DNA from: Phyllobates terribilis
Taxonomy: Eukaryota
Direction of reading: 5' to 3'
DNA: 64,000 bases
Assembly: GCF_046119375.1 (NCBI RefSeq)
Contig: NW_027362763.1
Span: forward strand, 853,368,001-853,432,000
A model generated the notes under the pieces. That model was given only the letters and a program-made list of their open reading frames with translations. It was not told where the DNA came from and ran no database searches. The position numbers and the translations under genes were made by a program. Below are positions 12,634 to 24,890 of this stretch, piece after piece. Position 1 is the first letter of the stretch. Each line of letters opens with the position of its first letter.

Positions 12634-12826
12634 GTAAGAAAGTAAAATGTGCTTGTACATATAATTCAGATAATAAACACTGATGTATCAAACTCTTTCC
12701 TGGAATTGATGTGTTTCTAAGGTTAAATTTTAACCAGAATATTCTAAAGGGCTTATATATTATGGTGGGTGGGTTATATGACAATATGGAATATTCTTCA
12801 TTCGTAATGATATCTGTGTCTTGCAG

Positions 12827-13006
12827 GAAATCGCTCGCAGCTCTGTCGATCTGAGTATAACGCTTGAAGATCAGATGAACAGCTTGAAGCAGCAAGAACA
12901 GAACATTATCAACTACAAGCTTAACGTTGACAAACTGGAAGGCGATCACCAGATTATCCAGGAGTCGCTTATCTTTGATAACAAGCACACTAACTACACT
13001 ATGGAG
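12827..13006 (+). CDS. ACTN2: ACTN2 exon 17 equivalent (EIARSS...[11 protein letters not shown])
   Basis: gtcttgcag acceptor, gag|gtatgt donor, 180 nt. Confidence 0.95.
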
Positions 13007-13385
13007 GTATGTCAAATTGTGGTCCTATGTAAAGAGCTATGTAATTTGTAAAGCTGGCTATGCACATAAGATAGCTGTCGGCCAAACAGTCAGGTGGCTG
13101 ACTGCTGTCTCTCTCGACTCCTCTACACAAAGGAATACTCAGCTTGACCGAGCGTTCCTATATTCTCTATGAGAGAGCCGCTTATCTCGCCACCGATCAA
13201 AATGATCGGGTGATTGAATTCCAGCCATCCCATCCTTATGTTCCCTGACATAAATTGTCAGAAAATAGTTGTGAGGCCTCCTTGTACATTATATGGTTGT
13301 CCAATCCCACCAGAATTGGCAGGTTTGGACACATTTTATCTATTGTGTAATGGGATCAATAACTGTTGTGGATACTCATTCTTAA

Positions 13386-13790
13386 AGGGAATCTGTCAGC
13401 AGAGAGCAGCATGATGTAAGAAACGAGACCCTGATTCCAACAATGTATCACTTCAATTACTGGGTTCAGCCGTTCTGACCCAATCAGAGCTTTTAGGTTT
13501 AGCAATGCATCAGAGCTGAGAAAGCTGCCCCCGCCCACACCACTGCTAACCCCACCCACACCACATCTAACCCCGCCCACACCAGGCTCTCTGTGTACAA
13601 AGTCCATAGACAGTGAGGTGCTTAGTTGCCAGACTAGTCCAGGAATGTTAATCTCTTAGCTATAAATCCTTTACAGTTAGTAAACAACAGCACACATTTT
13701 GACAAGTGACACATCCCTGAATTCTGTGTTTCAGCCTCTATCTCCTGCTGTCTTCAGATTACATAGCATAAACCTACTGACAGTTTCCCT
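13386..13790. mobile_element. T2/Kolobok-type MITE
   Basis: TTAA|agggaatctgtcag ... ctgacagtttccct|TTAA. Confidence 0.8.
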
Positions 13791-13794
13791 TTAA

Positions 13795-14752
13795 AGTGAG
13801 TATGCCCACTATGCGTTTTTTAAGTGTTTCCGCAGCAGCAATTCCGCTGCAGAAACGCTTAAAAAACACTTGGTAGAAGGCCTGCCATGTTCCCCAATGA
13901 TAATCCGCACATGCTGCAGAAATTTCCGCTGTGGATTATCATTGCGGAAAAATCCACAGCACTATCAATTATTTTGCGGAATCACGGCGTTTTCGCCGCC
14001 ATTGACTTGCATTGGACCGCATAATATCCACATCACTACATGTGCACATGTGGATATCATGCGGTTCAATGTGCGGAAGGTACCCGGGTTTGGAGAAGAG
14101 GAGACTCTCCTCCAGACCCGGGTACCATAGTACTTGTAAAAAAAAAAAGAATAAAATAAAAAATATACATTATACTTACCTTCTGATGGCCCCCGGTGTC
14201 CTTATCCGATCCAGACTGGCTTCCTGGCAGCTCGCGATGGTCTAAAAGGACCTGTGGGGATGTCATTTAGTCATGTGACAGGTCACACGACCACTGACGT
14301 CGGCGGTCACGTGACTCGTCACATGACTAAATTACGTCATAGAAGGTCCTTTTAGACCACTGCGAGACACCGGGGACACCGGACGGATCGGATAAGGCCA
14401 CCGGGGGCCATCAGAAGGTAAGTATAATATTTATTTTTTACCATTCTTTACGGTCACACTATGCTGGTTGCATGGATTTATATAGTGTGACCAAGTTGTC
14501 AAGCACTTTCCAAGTGATGATAAAATCGCTTGGAAAGTGCTTGACAACCCGCATGCGGAAATGCATGTGAAGAACATTTCACATCCGCATGCCCCTGGCA
14601 GGAAAAACGCATGTAAAATCCGCATGTACAATCCGTATGTACAATCCGCATGTACAATCCGCATGTACAATCCGCATGCGTTTTTTCTGCCGGGGAGATG
14701 CAGAAACGCTCAGGAAAAATCCGGAACATTTCTGTATCGTGGGCACATAGCC
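13795..14752. mobile_element. PIF/Harbinger-type MITE, ~0.95 kb
   Basis: Ends in cgtgggcacatagcc; closely similar to 23181-23956 and 51681-52597; left end degenerate. Confidence 0.65.
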
Positions 14753-15112
14753 AAAGAGTAAGTAAAGGTTTAAGGTTTTTTGTTCCATATTTTGTAGGCA
14801 CTTTAATTGCCTATGGATCGGTGGGGGACTGGGTCCTGAAACCATTACCGATCGTTCAAAAGACAATAGAGAAGTGTGCCTGAGAACTGTGCAACTTAAG
14901 AGGCAGAAGCACACAGTTCCTGCTTCAGCGAGCGCACAGAAAAGCCTATGACTTTCTATTGAATCCACGCCTCGCTCTGTGCACTTGCTCAGCAAAGAAC
15001 TGTGCGCTCCTGCCTCCCGAGTAAGACACTTATCAGACCTAAATCTTAGTTGTCTTTTGAGGATTTATGGGGGCCTCAGGACCCTGACCACCATCGACCT
15101 ACAGGCATTTAA

Positions 15113-16303
15113 CCCATTCCAGACATATGACATACAGTTAAGTCATATGTCGGGCCTCAGACTTTGATGCGAGCTCACATGCCGAGTTCAAATCTTTCCG
15201 AGCCGATGATGGCTGAATTATTCAGCCATCATCTGCCTCTAACAGACTAGGATGTAACGAAGCTCTGCATGCGGCTGTTAACCTGCTAAATGTCACTGTC
15301 AATCTCTGATAGCAGCATTTAATGCATATCAGCAGGATGGCGCGTCATTCCACTTCCCGTGACATGATTGCGGGGAGTCAATGGGTCGCCATTACAGCCA
15401 AAGGTCTGCTGAAGACCTCCAGACGGTTCTCCTGTGAAAGCCAGTGTTTCAAAGGAGACCGTGATTTTCTCTATACATAGCAGTGCTTATGCACTGTTAT
15501 GTATAGTACAACCAGTTAAGCAATCACCATCCCCTATTGAACTAAGGAATATAGTAAAAGGTGAAAAAAATGTTTTTTAAAAAAATAAATAAATATGTTC
15601 AATACATCCCCTTTTGTCCATTAAAAATAAAGCAATTAAAAAAAAAAAATACACATATTTAGTATCGCTGCATTCGTAAAACTCCGATCTATCAAAATAT
15701 AAACTAAATTAATCCGATTGGTAAACGACATAATACCAAAAAAAAATCAAAACTCCAGAAATATGTTTTTTTGGCCACTGCCACATTGCAGTAAAATGCA
15801 ATAAGAGGTGAGCAAAACATTGTATTCACCCCCAAAATGGTATCAGTAAAAAACAAGCCCTCACAAAGCCACACATCCCAAAAATGTAAAACACTATGGG
15901 CCTTGGAAAAAAAGTGACACAAGCAATTATTATTTTTTTTTTAATTCTCAAATTTTTTTCACTACTGAAATAAAAAAAAAAATATATACATGTTTGGTAT
16001 CTACGTAATCATACTGACCTGAAGAATCATATTGTCAGGTTAGTTTTACCATATAGAGAACATGGTAAATAAAAAACCTAAAAATCAATTGTGGAATTGC
16101 ACTTTTTTTCGCAATTTCAACAGAATTGGATTTTTTTCCCGCTTTCAAATGCATCACATGATAAAATGAATGATGTCATTCAAAGGTACAATTCATCCTG
16201 CAAAAAACAAGCCCTCATTCAGTTATGTGGACGGAAAAATAAAAAAGGTCAAGCTCTTGGAAGAAGGAAAGGAAAAAACGGAAATTGGCCGTGGTGTGAA
16301 GTG
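15113..16303. mobile_element. TTAA-flanked non-autonomous DNA transposon, probably piggyBac-derived
   Basis: TTAA|ccc... left end and ...gtg|TTAA right end; AT-rich body similar to fragments near 33.1-33.7 kb and 38.1-38.5 kb. Confidence 0.5.
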
Positions 16304-16430
16304 TTAAAGTGCCTACAAAAATATTTAAAAAACACTTAAAGTTTCAGTTTCTCCTTTAATTTTTTTAATTTTATTATTTAGTATGTCCTTTTTTTATCAG
16401 AACTTGACTGGCCTTTTTTATCTCCTGCAG

Positions 16431-16577
16431 CACATCCGTGTGGGATGGGAGCTTCTGCTAACTACTATCGCAAGAACAATCAATGAAATTGAAACCCAGA
16501 TGCTGACACGTGATGCAAAAGGCATTACACAGGAGCAGATTAATGAGTTCCGCTCTTCATTCAGTCACTTCGACAAG
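16431..16577 (+). CDS. ACTN2: ACTN2 exon 18 equivalent ([19 protein letters not shown]...FSHFDK)
   Basis: tctcctgcag acceptor, aag|gtatta donor, 147 nt. Confidence 0.95.
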
Positions 16578-17368
16578 GTATTATTGATAATTATAGTAGA
16601 AGATAGAAGCAAAATGGTTTGAAGTCAATACTGCCCTCAAAGGTGGACATTATTGACCTTTGCACATGTCCTTCACAGTTTCATGTTATTTTTATGGTTT
16701 TTCAATGGATATTTTCCAAGCAACAACATAACTTGTGCATATCAATATACCCCCTATATAATGCTGGGCAAGTGTCAGTGACACAAAGCCTCCCTGGTAA
16801 TCTAGAACAAGAACAGAATATGTTCCCTCCATCTGTTGTGCTGCAGAACGCAGCCTTATCAGTGTGACACCAGGAGAAATCCTATCATGGCCAGCTATTT
16901 TAGACGTGATGCAGTAAAGCTGTGTACATTGTGTTTAGTGTTATTTATAGACTGACAATCCATGAGGTGATACTATTATGCCAAGGTTATTTTTCATCAA
17001 GCTCGAATTGCACACAATGGAGAAAACTTCTGTGTAAAGACTACATTCCAGCTGCCAACATCAAGAAAGATAAAGATAGGTTATTTCTAGAGATGAGCAA
17101 AATTATTTGCAGGGTCCCGGTTCAGCAGCCACGTTGGTAGTCTGTGGCCACCAGACCAGAGCCCTATAAATCTGATCCTACCGGTTGGCATCCTTGGTAC
17201 CTCTTCTGGTCAGTGGGGCTGACATGAATGACGTCATGCCAGGCCTACTAATCAGGAAAGGAAGGAGGAAGTTCGCAGGGCTCTGGTCCTGCAGCCACCA
17301 ATTACTGACATGGCCGTTGGACTAGGGTCCTGTGAATCATTTTGCACTACTCTCATTATTTCACTAAT

Positions 17369-17807
17369 AATCATAGAATATTAGAGTTGGAAGGGACCTC
17401 CAGGGTCATCGTGTCCAAACCTCTGCTCAATGCAGAATTCACTGAACCATCTCAGACAGATGTCTCTCCAGCCTCTGTTTGAAGACTTCCATTGAAAGAG
17501 AACTCACCACCTCTCGTGGCCGCCTGTTCCACTCATTGATCACCCTCAAAGTTTTTTTCTAATATCTAATCTGTATCTTCTCCCTATCAGTATCATTCCA
17601 TTGCTTTTCGTGTTTCCATGTGCAAATGAGAATAAGGATGATCGCTTTACACTGTGACATCCCTTCAGATATTTGTAGACAGCTATTAAGTCTCCTCTTA
17701 GCCTTCTTTTTTCAAGCTAAACATTCCCAGCTCCTTTAACCGTTTCTCATAGGACATAGTTTGCAGTCCGCACACCATCCTGGTAGCTCTCCTCTGAACT
17801 TGCTCCA
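17369..17807 (-). mobile_element. CR1 LINE 3' fragment
   Basis: Minus strand reads [31 protein letters not shown], then after a frameshift [16 protein letters not shown] (CR1 ORF2 C-terminus), followed by a typical CR1 3' tail. Confidence 0.88.
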
Positions 17808-19174
17808 TGAGGGGACACATTCTAAAATTCTTTGGTGACCTTCTACAAAACTGCTAAATAATCAAGGATATGACAGTGAGCCAGTCTGGTATGTGTCTCA
17901 TTTCGAACATTGCAGCAGGTGTGGGTAAAGCAAAGAGTCCAGTAAATCTTCCTGCTTATAACTCTAAAAGTTGTCCACATTTTGGTAGTTTAAAGGGAAT
18001 TTCCAGCCATAACTTTCTTCAGCTCATCAAACTGTGCTGGGTCAAAATCTTAAAAAGAGCTATTACTTACCCTCTATCAGGTCCAGCGCTACCTGTCTGA
18101 CACTGCTCCAATCTTTGGTTACAGGCTGCAGCGGTGACATGAAACCATTATCTGAGCTCAACTATTCATGCCATATACATAGGCAGACCCGCTGAGCTCA
18201 GTGATTGGATGCAGCCTTGACGTGTTCTCTAGCCTGTAAAAAAAATTAGAGCAGCAACGGAGAGGCAGCGCTGGAACTGGTGAGGGGGAGTAACAGCTCT
18301 TTTTAATAATTTAACCTACGGCAGCTTGATAGTCTGAAGAAACATTTTGTCAGAAAATCCTTTTAATTGGATTAAATACAGACATTTTTTAGAGTGGTGA
18401 AGACTCTGAAGAGAATTGTTAGTTATAACATTCCTATTATTGTCCCTTAACCACACCGGGAGCATATTCCAGGTCTTAGACATCTATCAACACAGCTTAT
18501 GTAATAAAGGTGTGAGCCATCAGATCCAAAGAATAGGTTACTCACACAACACTATTACATAGTACGGCCATTCTTACCTCTCACAGAGCACCCAGCCATC
18601 AGTGGCTATCCTTGAAATATAAGGTGGCACAATTCTGCCTGAAGAGCATCCGCTCAGACCTTCTGTACTTGCTCAAAAATTACAAAGAATAGGGATAATA
18701 AACTGTAATACACAGATAAGCCCTCCTTTATTACATGCCAACGAAGCTTATGAAAGGGTGTCTGAAATGGCACCAACTGGGCCGTATTCAGAATTAAAAT
18801 ACATTACTAAGTTTTATTATTTTACATTTTTACAACAGGTCAAGAACTTTCTATTTCTCCTGACAACCCAAATGAATGGTCTCTCTGTGCAATGCACACA
18901 TCCAGGCGCGATAGGCAGTGCCCACTCTAGCTAATAATGAGGAGACTGATCGCCAGTTTTTAACATGATACCTTTAACATTTTTTTTTAAACCTCACAGC
19001 CCCTTTTAGTCAAATCCCTGCTGCCTGCTTCCCTCTAGTAAAATGTAACTATTATTAATTACAATTGGAGCTATCTATTTATCATTGTAATAACTCATGT
19101 GTTTTCTTATTTACTACATATCATATGTTGTATCTACTCTGAAAACTGGAAATTGCATTTTGGAATATTTATGA

Positions 19175-19306
<132 letters not shown>

Positions 19307-20035
19307 TAGCAAATGTATAAATGTTGATAGCAGCAGTTCATGCATACATTAGATTACCATTAGTGATGAGCGAGCACTAAAATGCTCGGGTACTCGTTGC
19401 TCGGGTCGAGCAAATTGGAATACTCGGGTGCTCGACCCGAGCAACGAGCCCAATGTAAGTCTATGGGAAACTCGAGCACTTTTCAGGCGGCTCCCCCCGC
19501 CGGTCTGCAGAGGGCCTAAAAATTGCCCAAATCGATGGGAACAGTGCCCAAATGACATGGGAACAGCATGGGGAAGACCCCTGGAAGCATTTCTGACTCC
19601 CAGATCACTGCTGTCAGCAACGTGGTCAGAGTATTACGCCACTTTTACGGACTCACAATGAAACATAAAAAAACAAAACCAAAATGGATTTTCCTGGGAA
19701 ATATGTTAAAGAACATCCTTTCCAGGGTAATGACTTGTATATAAGGCAAAATAAATAACCAAAAACAAAAATACTCCTCCACAACTTGGGCTATTTTCAC
19801 ACGTAGCGTTTTTGATGCGTTTTTGCACTTTTGCATTGCTTTCAACCAAGACAAATGCATTCACCAGGAAATGTAATTTTAACATTTTACAACCTTATCT
19901 GGCCATGTGGTTTTTGTGACACATCATCAAACACATGCATACAGTGCTGAAAAGTCATAGGAACAGCATGGGGAAGATCTCTGGAAGCATCTCGGACTCC
20001 CAGGTCACTGCCTAAAACTGTGCCCATCATAAGTG

Positions 20036-21250
20036 ATCCTTGGCACATGTGAAGATGCCTCCCGCCATGCACCTGTCATTGCAGAATTGCAACAATCACC
20101 GTCCACGTCCTTGTCCCACTGCAGCGTTCAGTTGTCCCTACCCCATTCCTTGGAATGCAAGAGCAAGTATGCAGGCAGCCACCCACCCGCCCACCCACAG
20201 GCTGCAATACTATTCTGCCAAATTTTTGACAGCTGCTAGCACTTGAAATGTGGCCATTTAGGCTCGTGGAGGCGGAAGATTTTCACAACCTCATGCCAGC
20301 GGCGGCCGGGTGTCCATACTTGGTCCCCAGCCACCACTATATTTCCCGGTATCGCCTCCGCCTTCCACAAGCACAGGTCCCACAACATTACCCTTGCCCT
20401 CCCCAGTGCACTTACTGGGAAGGACCGCCTAACCACAAACACGTGGACAGGTGAATGTGGCCAGGGACGGTACGGAGCCAGTCCACAACTTTTTTTGCTA
20501 AGAGTTGTAGTTAGCTAGGTGAAAGGACTGGCATAGAGTGAAATCGTAATTGAGCTTGTTGCAGAAGCAATGGCAGCCCGTCCAACATCAACTCGCACTT
20601 GTCGGTGGTGCTTTGACGCACACACATCTTTCTTTGCACATTTAATTTCTTGAATACAGAGTTGGACAATGGCCTGATCTGTAATGCGTTTTGAGAAATA
20701 ACATGCATAAGCATGGCCGATCCACATTAAAAAAGCAGCCATAGAGTGTCAGGGAACCTTGCCCCACACTTTTCTTAGCCAGGGCTGCTTTTCGGCAGGA
20801 TTGGACGGGCCCACCAGAGAACCGGAGACTCCTCCGGCGGGCCCTGGCTTCTCCTTCAGGAGAGTTCATAGTGCCGAGGTTAGGCCATGATGATGATAGA
20901 GGCCACCATCTGCTTAGTTTTCTGTTACTTGGAATGCAAGTGCAAGTATGCAGCCAGCCACCCACCAACCCACAGGCAGCAACACTAAACTGCCAGATGT
21001 CTGGGCAGCTCTTTGCACTTGAAATATGGCCTTTTAAGCTCGTGGAGGCGGAAGCTTTTCACAACCTCATGCCGGCGGCGGCCGGGTGTCCATACTCTGT
21101 CCCCAGCCGCCACTATATTTCCCGGTATCGCCTCTGCCTTCCACAAGCACGGGTCCCACAACATTACCCGTGCCCTCCCCAGTGCACTTACTGGGAAGGA
21201 CCGCCTAACCACAAACACGTGGACAGGTGAATGTGGCCAGGGACGGTATG
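20036..21250 (+). pseudogene. two degraded partial hAT transposase copies, inverted relative to the main ORF
   Basis: 20036-20473 and 20927-21250 read as sense copies of the segment ending HLTTDTWT..GQGRY (main copy ~30450-30890, - strand), with frameshifts. Confidence 0.8.
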
Positions 21251-21570
21251 GAGCCAGTCCACAACTTTTTTTGCTGAGAGTTGTATTTAGCTCAGTGAAA
21301 GGACTGGCATAGAGGGAAACCGTATCTACCCTGCATGTCATTTCTCCCAGGCTGCTTGCACTTGAAATGTGGCCTGAACATTACTGCTGGTACTTTTCTG
21401 TGGGAATTTGCTTGCCTCCTACCAGTAGCGAAGCCATCCCCAATTTCCTTCTCAGGAATTTTATTTGGTAGACTGAGTGGCTGCCCAAATACATTTTCTC
21501 ACAAAGGAGCTGAAGATAGAGGGGCAGTAGGTGCAAGTTTCTCCAGTCTGTTAGATATTAGAGGGTGAAC

Positions 21571-21697
21571 GGCAGCACTTTGGATCAGTGGTTAGCACTG
21601 AAGCCTTGCAGCGCTGGGATTCTAGGTTCAAATCCCAGCAAGGACAACATCTGCAAGGACTTTGTATGTTCTCCCTGTGTTTGCGTGTGTTTCCTCC
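21571..21697 (+). mobile_element. tRNA-headed SINE fragment (V-SINE-like)
   Basis: A-box-like tggatcagtgg, B-box ggttcaaatcc, then tttgtatgttctccctgtgtttgcgtgtgtttcctcc resembling the V-SINE core. Confidence 0.7.
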
Positions 21698-22842
21698 TCA
21701 GTAAAAAAAGCAGCCATAGAGTGTCTGGGAACCTTCCCACACACAATACTTAGCCAGGACTGCTTCTCGGCAGGGTTGGACGGTCCCACCAGAGAATCCT
21801 CTGGTGTGCCTTGGCTTCTACCTCAGGAGAATTCATGATAGCGCTAACTTTGCAGCTGCTATGGGGATCTTGAGAAAGGCTAGCCCTCAGAATCAAATCC
21901 TCTGGTGGGCACAATGTTTTTCAATTTGAAACAGCTTCTCAGTGGGAGTTGTATTTCACCACAGCCATATTCTTTAGCTTGGTGAAAGGACAGGCATAGA
22001 GGGAAACCGTATCTACCCCGGCTGTCATTTCTCCGTCACCAGGTTCCACCCATTGTCACACACGACCATGCCTGGCTGTATGTTCAACGGTGAGAGCCAC
22101 AGATCAGGCTGCTGTGTTACAGCTTTCACCAACTCTACAGCGCTGGGCGGTTTGTCAATTAAGTATTAAGCATGTTATCTTCAGCACAGCCTGTTGCCGC
22201 TTGGCCAAGGCAGTGCTGCAGTGCTGTCAGCTTGTGACTGATGTGGTCATTTCGGAGATGGAGGAGGAGGTGCATGAGCTGAACAATGTGATTACATTGA
22301 GGTTAAATTGGTGACGCTGTTTTTTATACTAAAGAAAAATCCTATTGTTTTGTTTTTTTACGTTATTTTTTAAGACAAATGCATTCACCGGGAAATGTCA
22401 TTTTAACATTTTACAACCTTATCTGGCAATGTGGTGTGTGACACATCATCAGACACATCCTGTTTTATTTATGATGCAGGGACTCTGAAAGTCATAAAGC
22501 CTATTTTTATAGGGACATCAGATGGCCCTTACTATTCTTAAAAGGCCAGCAGTCGGCCCTAGCTATTGTTAGAGAGCCATCAGCCGGCTATGCTTTGTTG
22601 TTCCCATTATTAACAAGTGGGTCTCCTATACTGTTATTGCGTATCCAGTGACTGCAAGGGCTGTCAAAAATTTGGACGCAACCCAATACCTCTTTGAAGA
22701 GACATAGAGGAGGGTCTCAGTAAAAAAAAATGTTCCCATTATAAAGGAGCGGGTCTCCTATAGTGGTAATGCCCATGCTGTGACCCATGCAGTGAGTCCA
22801 ACGGCTGACCAATTTTAGGAAGAACACCACTAAGAATTTAAA

Positions 22843-23134
22843 GACACATAGAGCACGGCCACAGTAACAAGGTACGACATGTTCCCATTAGAAAGGAGAG
22901 GGTCTGCTATACAGTTATAGGGTATGCAGTGAGTCCAATGGCTAACCAATTTTAGGAAAAACCCCACTAAGAATTTAAAGACACATGGAGCAGGGCCACA
23001 GTAACAAGGTACGACATGTTCCCATTAGAAAGGAGAGGGTCTGCTATACAGTTATAGGGTATGCAGTGAGTCCAACGGCTGACCAATTTTAGGAAAAACA
23101 CCACTAAGAATTTAAAGACACATAGAGCAGGGCC
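22843..23134. repeat. 137-bp tandem repeat in hAT internal DNA (second array 27839-28130)
   Basis: gacaca(t/c)(a/g)gagc recurs at 22843, 22980, 23117 and at 27839, 27976, 28112. Confidence 0.85.
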
Positions 23135-23180
23135 CAGGGGTGGATTAAGAGTAGTAAGGGCCCCGGGCAGTTTAGAAGGC

Positions 23181-23956
23181 GCTGCAGAAACGCTTAAAAA
23201 ACGCTTGGTAGAAGGTCTGCAATGTTCCCCAATGATAATCCGCATGTGCTGTGCACATGCTGCGGTAATTTCCGCTGCGGATTATCATTGCGGAAAAATC
23301 CGCAGCATTACCAATTATTTTGCGGAAGCGCTGCGTTTTCGCCCCCATTGACTTGCATTGGAACGCATGGAATCCGCATCACTGCATCTGTACATGCGGA
23401 ATCCATGCGTTTCAATGTGCGGATGGTACCCGGGTCTGGAGAGGAGGAGACTCTCCTCCGGACCCGGGTACTATAGAATCTGTTAAAAAAGAATACAATA
23501 AAAAATATTATACTTACCTTCTGATGGCCCCCGGTGTCTTTATCCGATGCGTCCCAGCTTGCCGGCAGCTCGCGATGGTCTGAAAAGGACCTGCCGTGAC
23601 GTCATATAGTCATGTGACGGGTCACACGACCGCTGACGTCGGCAGGCCATCAGAAGGTAATTGTATATTTATTTTTTATTTTTTACCATTCTTTTACGGT
23701 CACACTATATAAATCCATGCTGGTTGCATGGATTTATATAGTGTGACCAAGTTGTTAAGCACTTTCCAAGTGATGCTAAAATCGCTTGGAAAGCGCTTGT
23801 CAACCCGCATGCAGAAATGCATGTGAAGAACGCTTCACTTCCGCTTGTCCCTGGCAGGAAAAACGCATGTACAATCCGCATGCGTTTTTTCTGCCAGGGA
23901 GATGCAGAAACGCTCAAAAAAAATCCGGAGCATTTCTGCATCGTGGGCACATAGCC
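23181..23956. mobile_element. 5'-truncated Harbinger-type MITE (family of 13795 and 51681)
   Basis: Direct similarity to 13845-14752; ends cgtgggcacatagcc|TTA. Confidence 0.7.
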
Positions 23957-24890
23957 TTACATTAATTGTATGACTCAATATTGAGCACATGTAGCCATCT
24001 ATACATGGCGGGAGGCCGCACAGCGCCATCTATACACAGCGGGATGCCGCACGGTGCCATCTATACACAGCGGGAGGCCGCACGGTGCCATCAATGCACA
24101 GCAGGAGGCCGCTCGTAGCCATCTATAGACAGCAAGAGGCCGCACGTAGCCATCTATACACAGCGGGAGGCCACACGTAGCCATCAGTACACAGCAGGAG
24201 GCTGCACGTAGCCATCTATACACAGCGGGAGGCCGCACGGCGCCATCTATGCACAGCGGGAGGCCGCACGGTGCCATCAATACACAGCAGGAGGCCGCAC
24301 GGTGCCATCTATAGACAACAGGAGGCCGCAGGTAGCCATCAATACACAGCAGGAGGCCACACATAGCCATCTATACACAGTGGGAGGCTGCACGTAGCCA
24401 TCTATACACAGCAGAACCCCCCACAAAGCCATCTATACACAGCGGGGGGCAGCATGTAGCTGTCTATACACAGCGGGAGGCCGCACGTAGCCATCTATAC
24501 ACAGCGGGAGGCCGCACGTAGCCATCTATATACAGCAAGAAGCCGCACGTAGCCATCTATATACAGCAGGAGGCCGCACGTAGCCATCTATACACAGCAG
24601 GAGGCTGCACGCCGCCATCTATATACAGCGGGAGGCCGCACGTAGCCATCTATATACAGCGGGAGGCCACACGTAGCCATCTATACACAGCGGGAGGCCA
24701 CACAGCGCCATTTATGCACAGCGGGAGGCCACATGTAGCCATCTATACACAGCAGGAGGCCGCACGTAGCCATCTATATACAGCGGGAGGCCGCACGTAG
24801 CCATCTTTACACAGCGGGAGGCCGCACGTAGAAATCTATACACAGCAGGAGGCCGCACGGCGCCATCTACACACAGCAGGAGGCCACATG

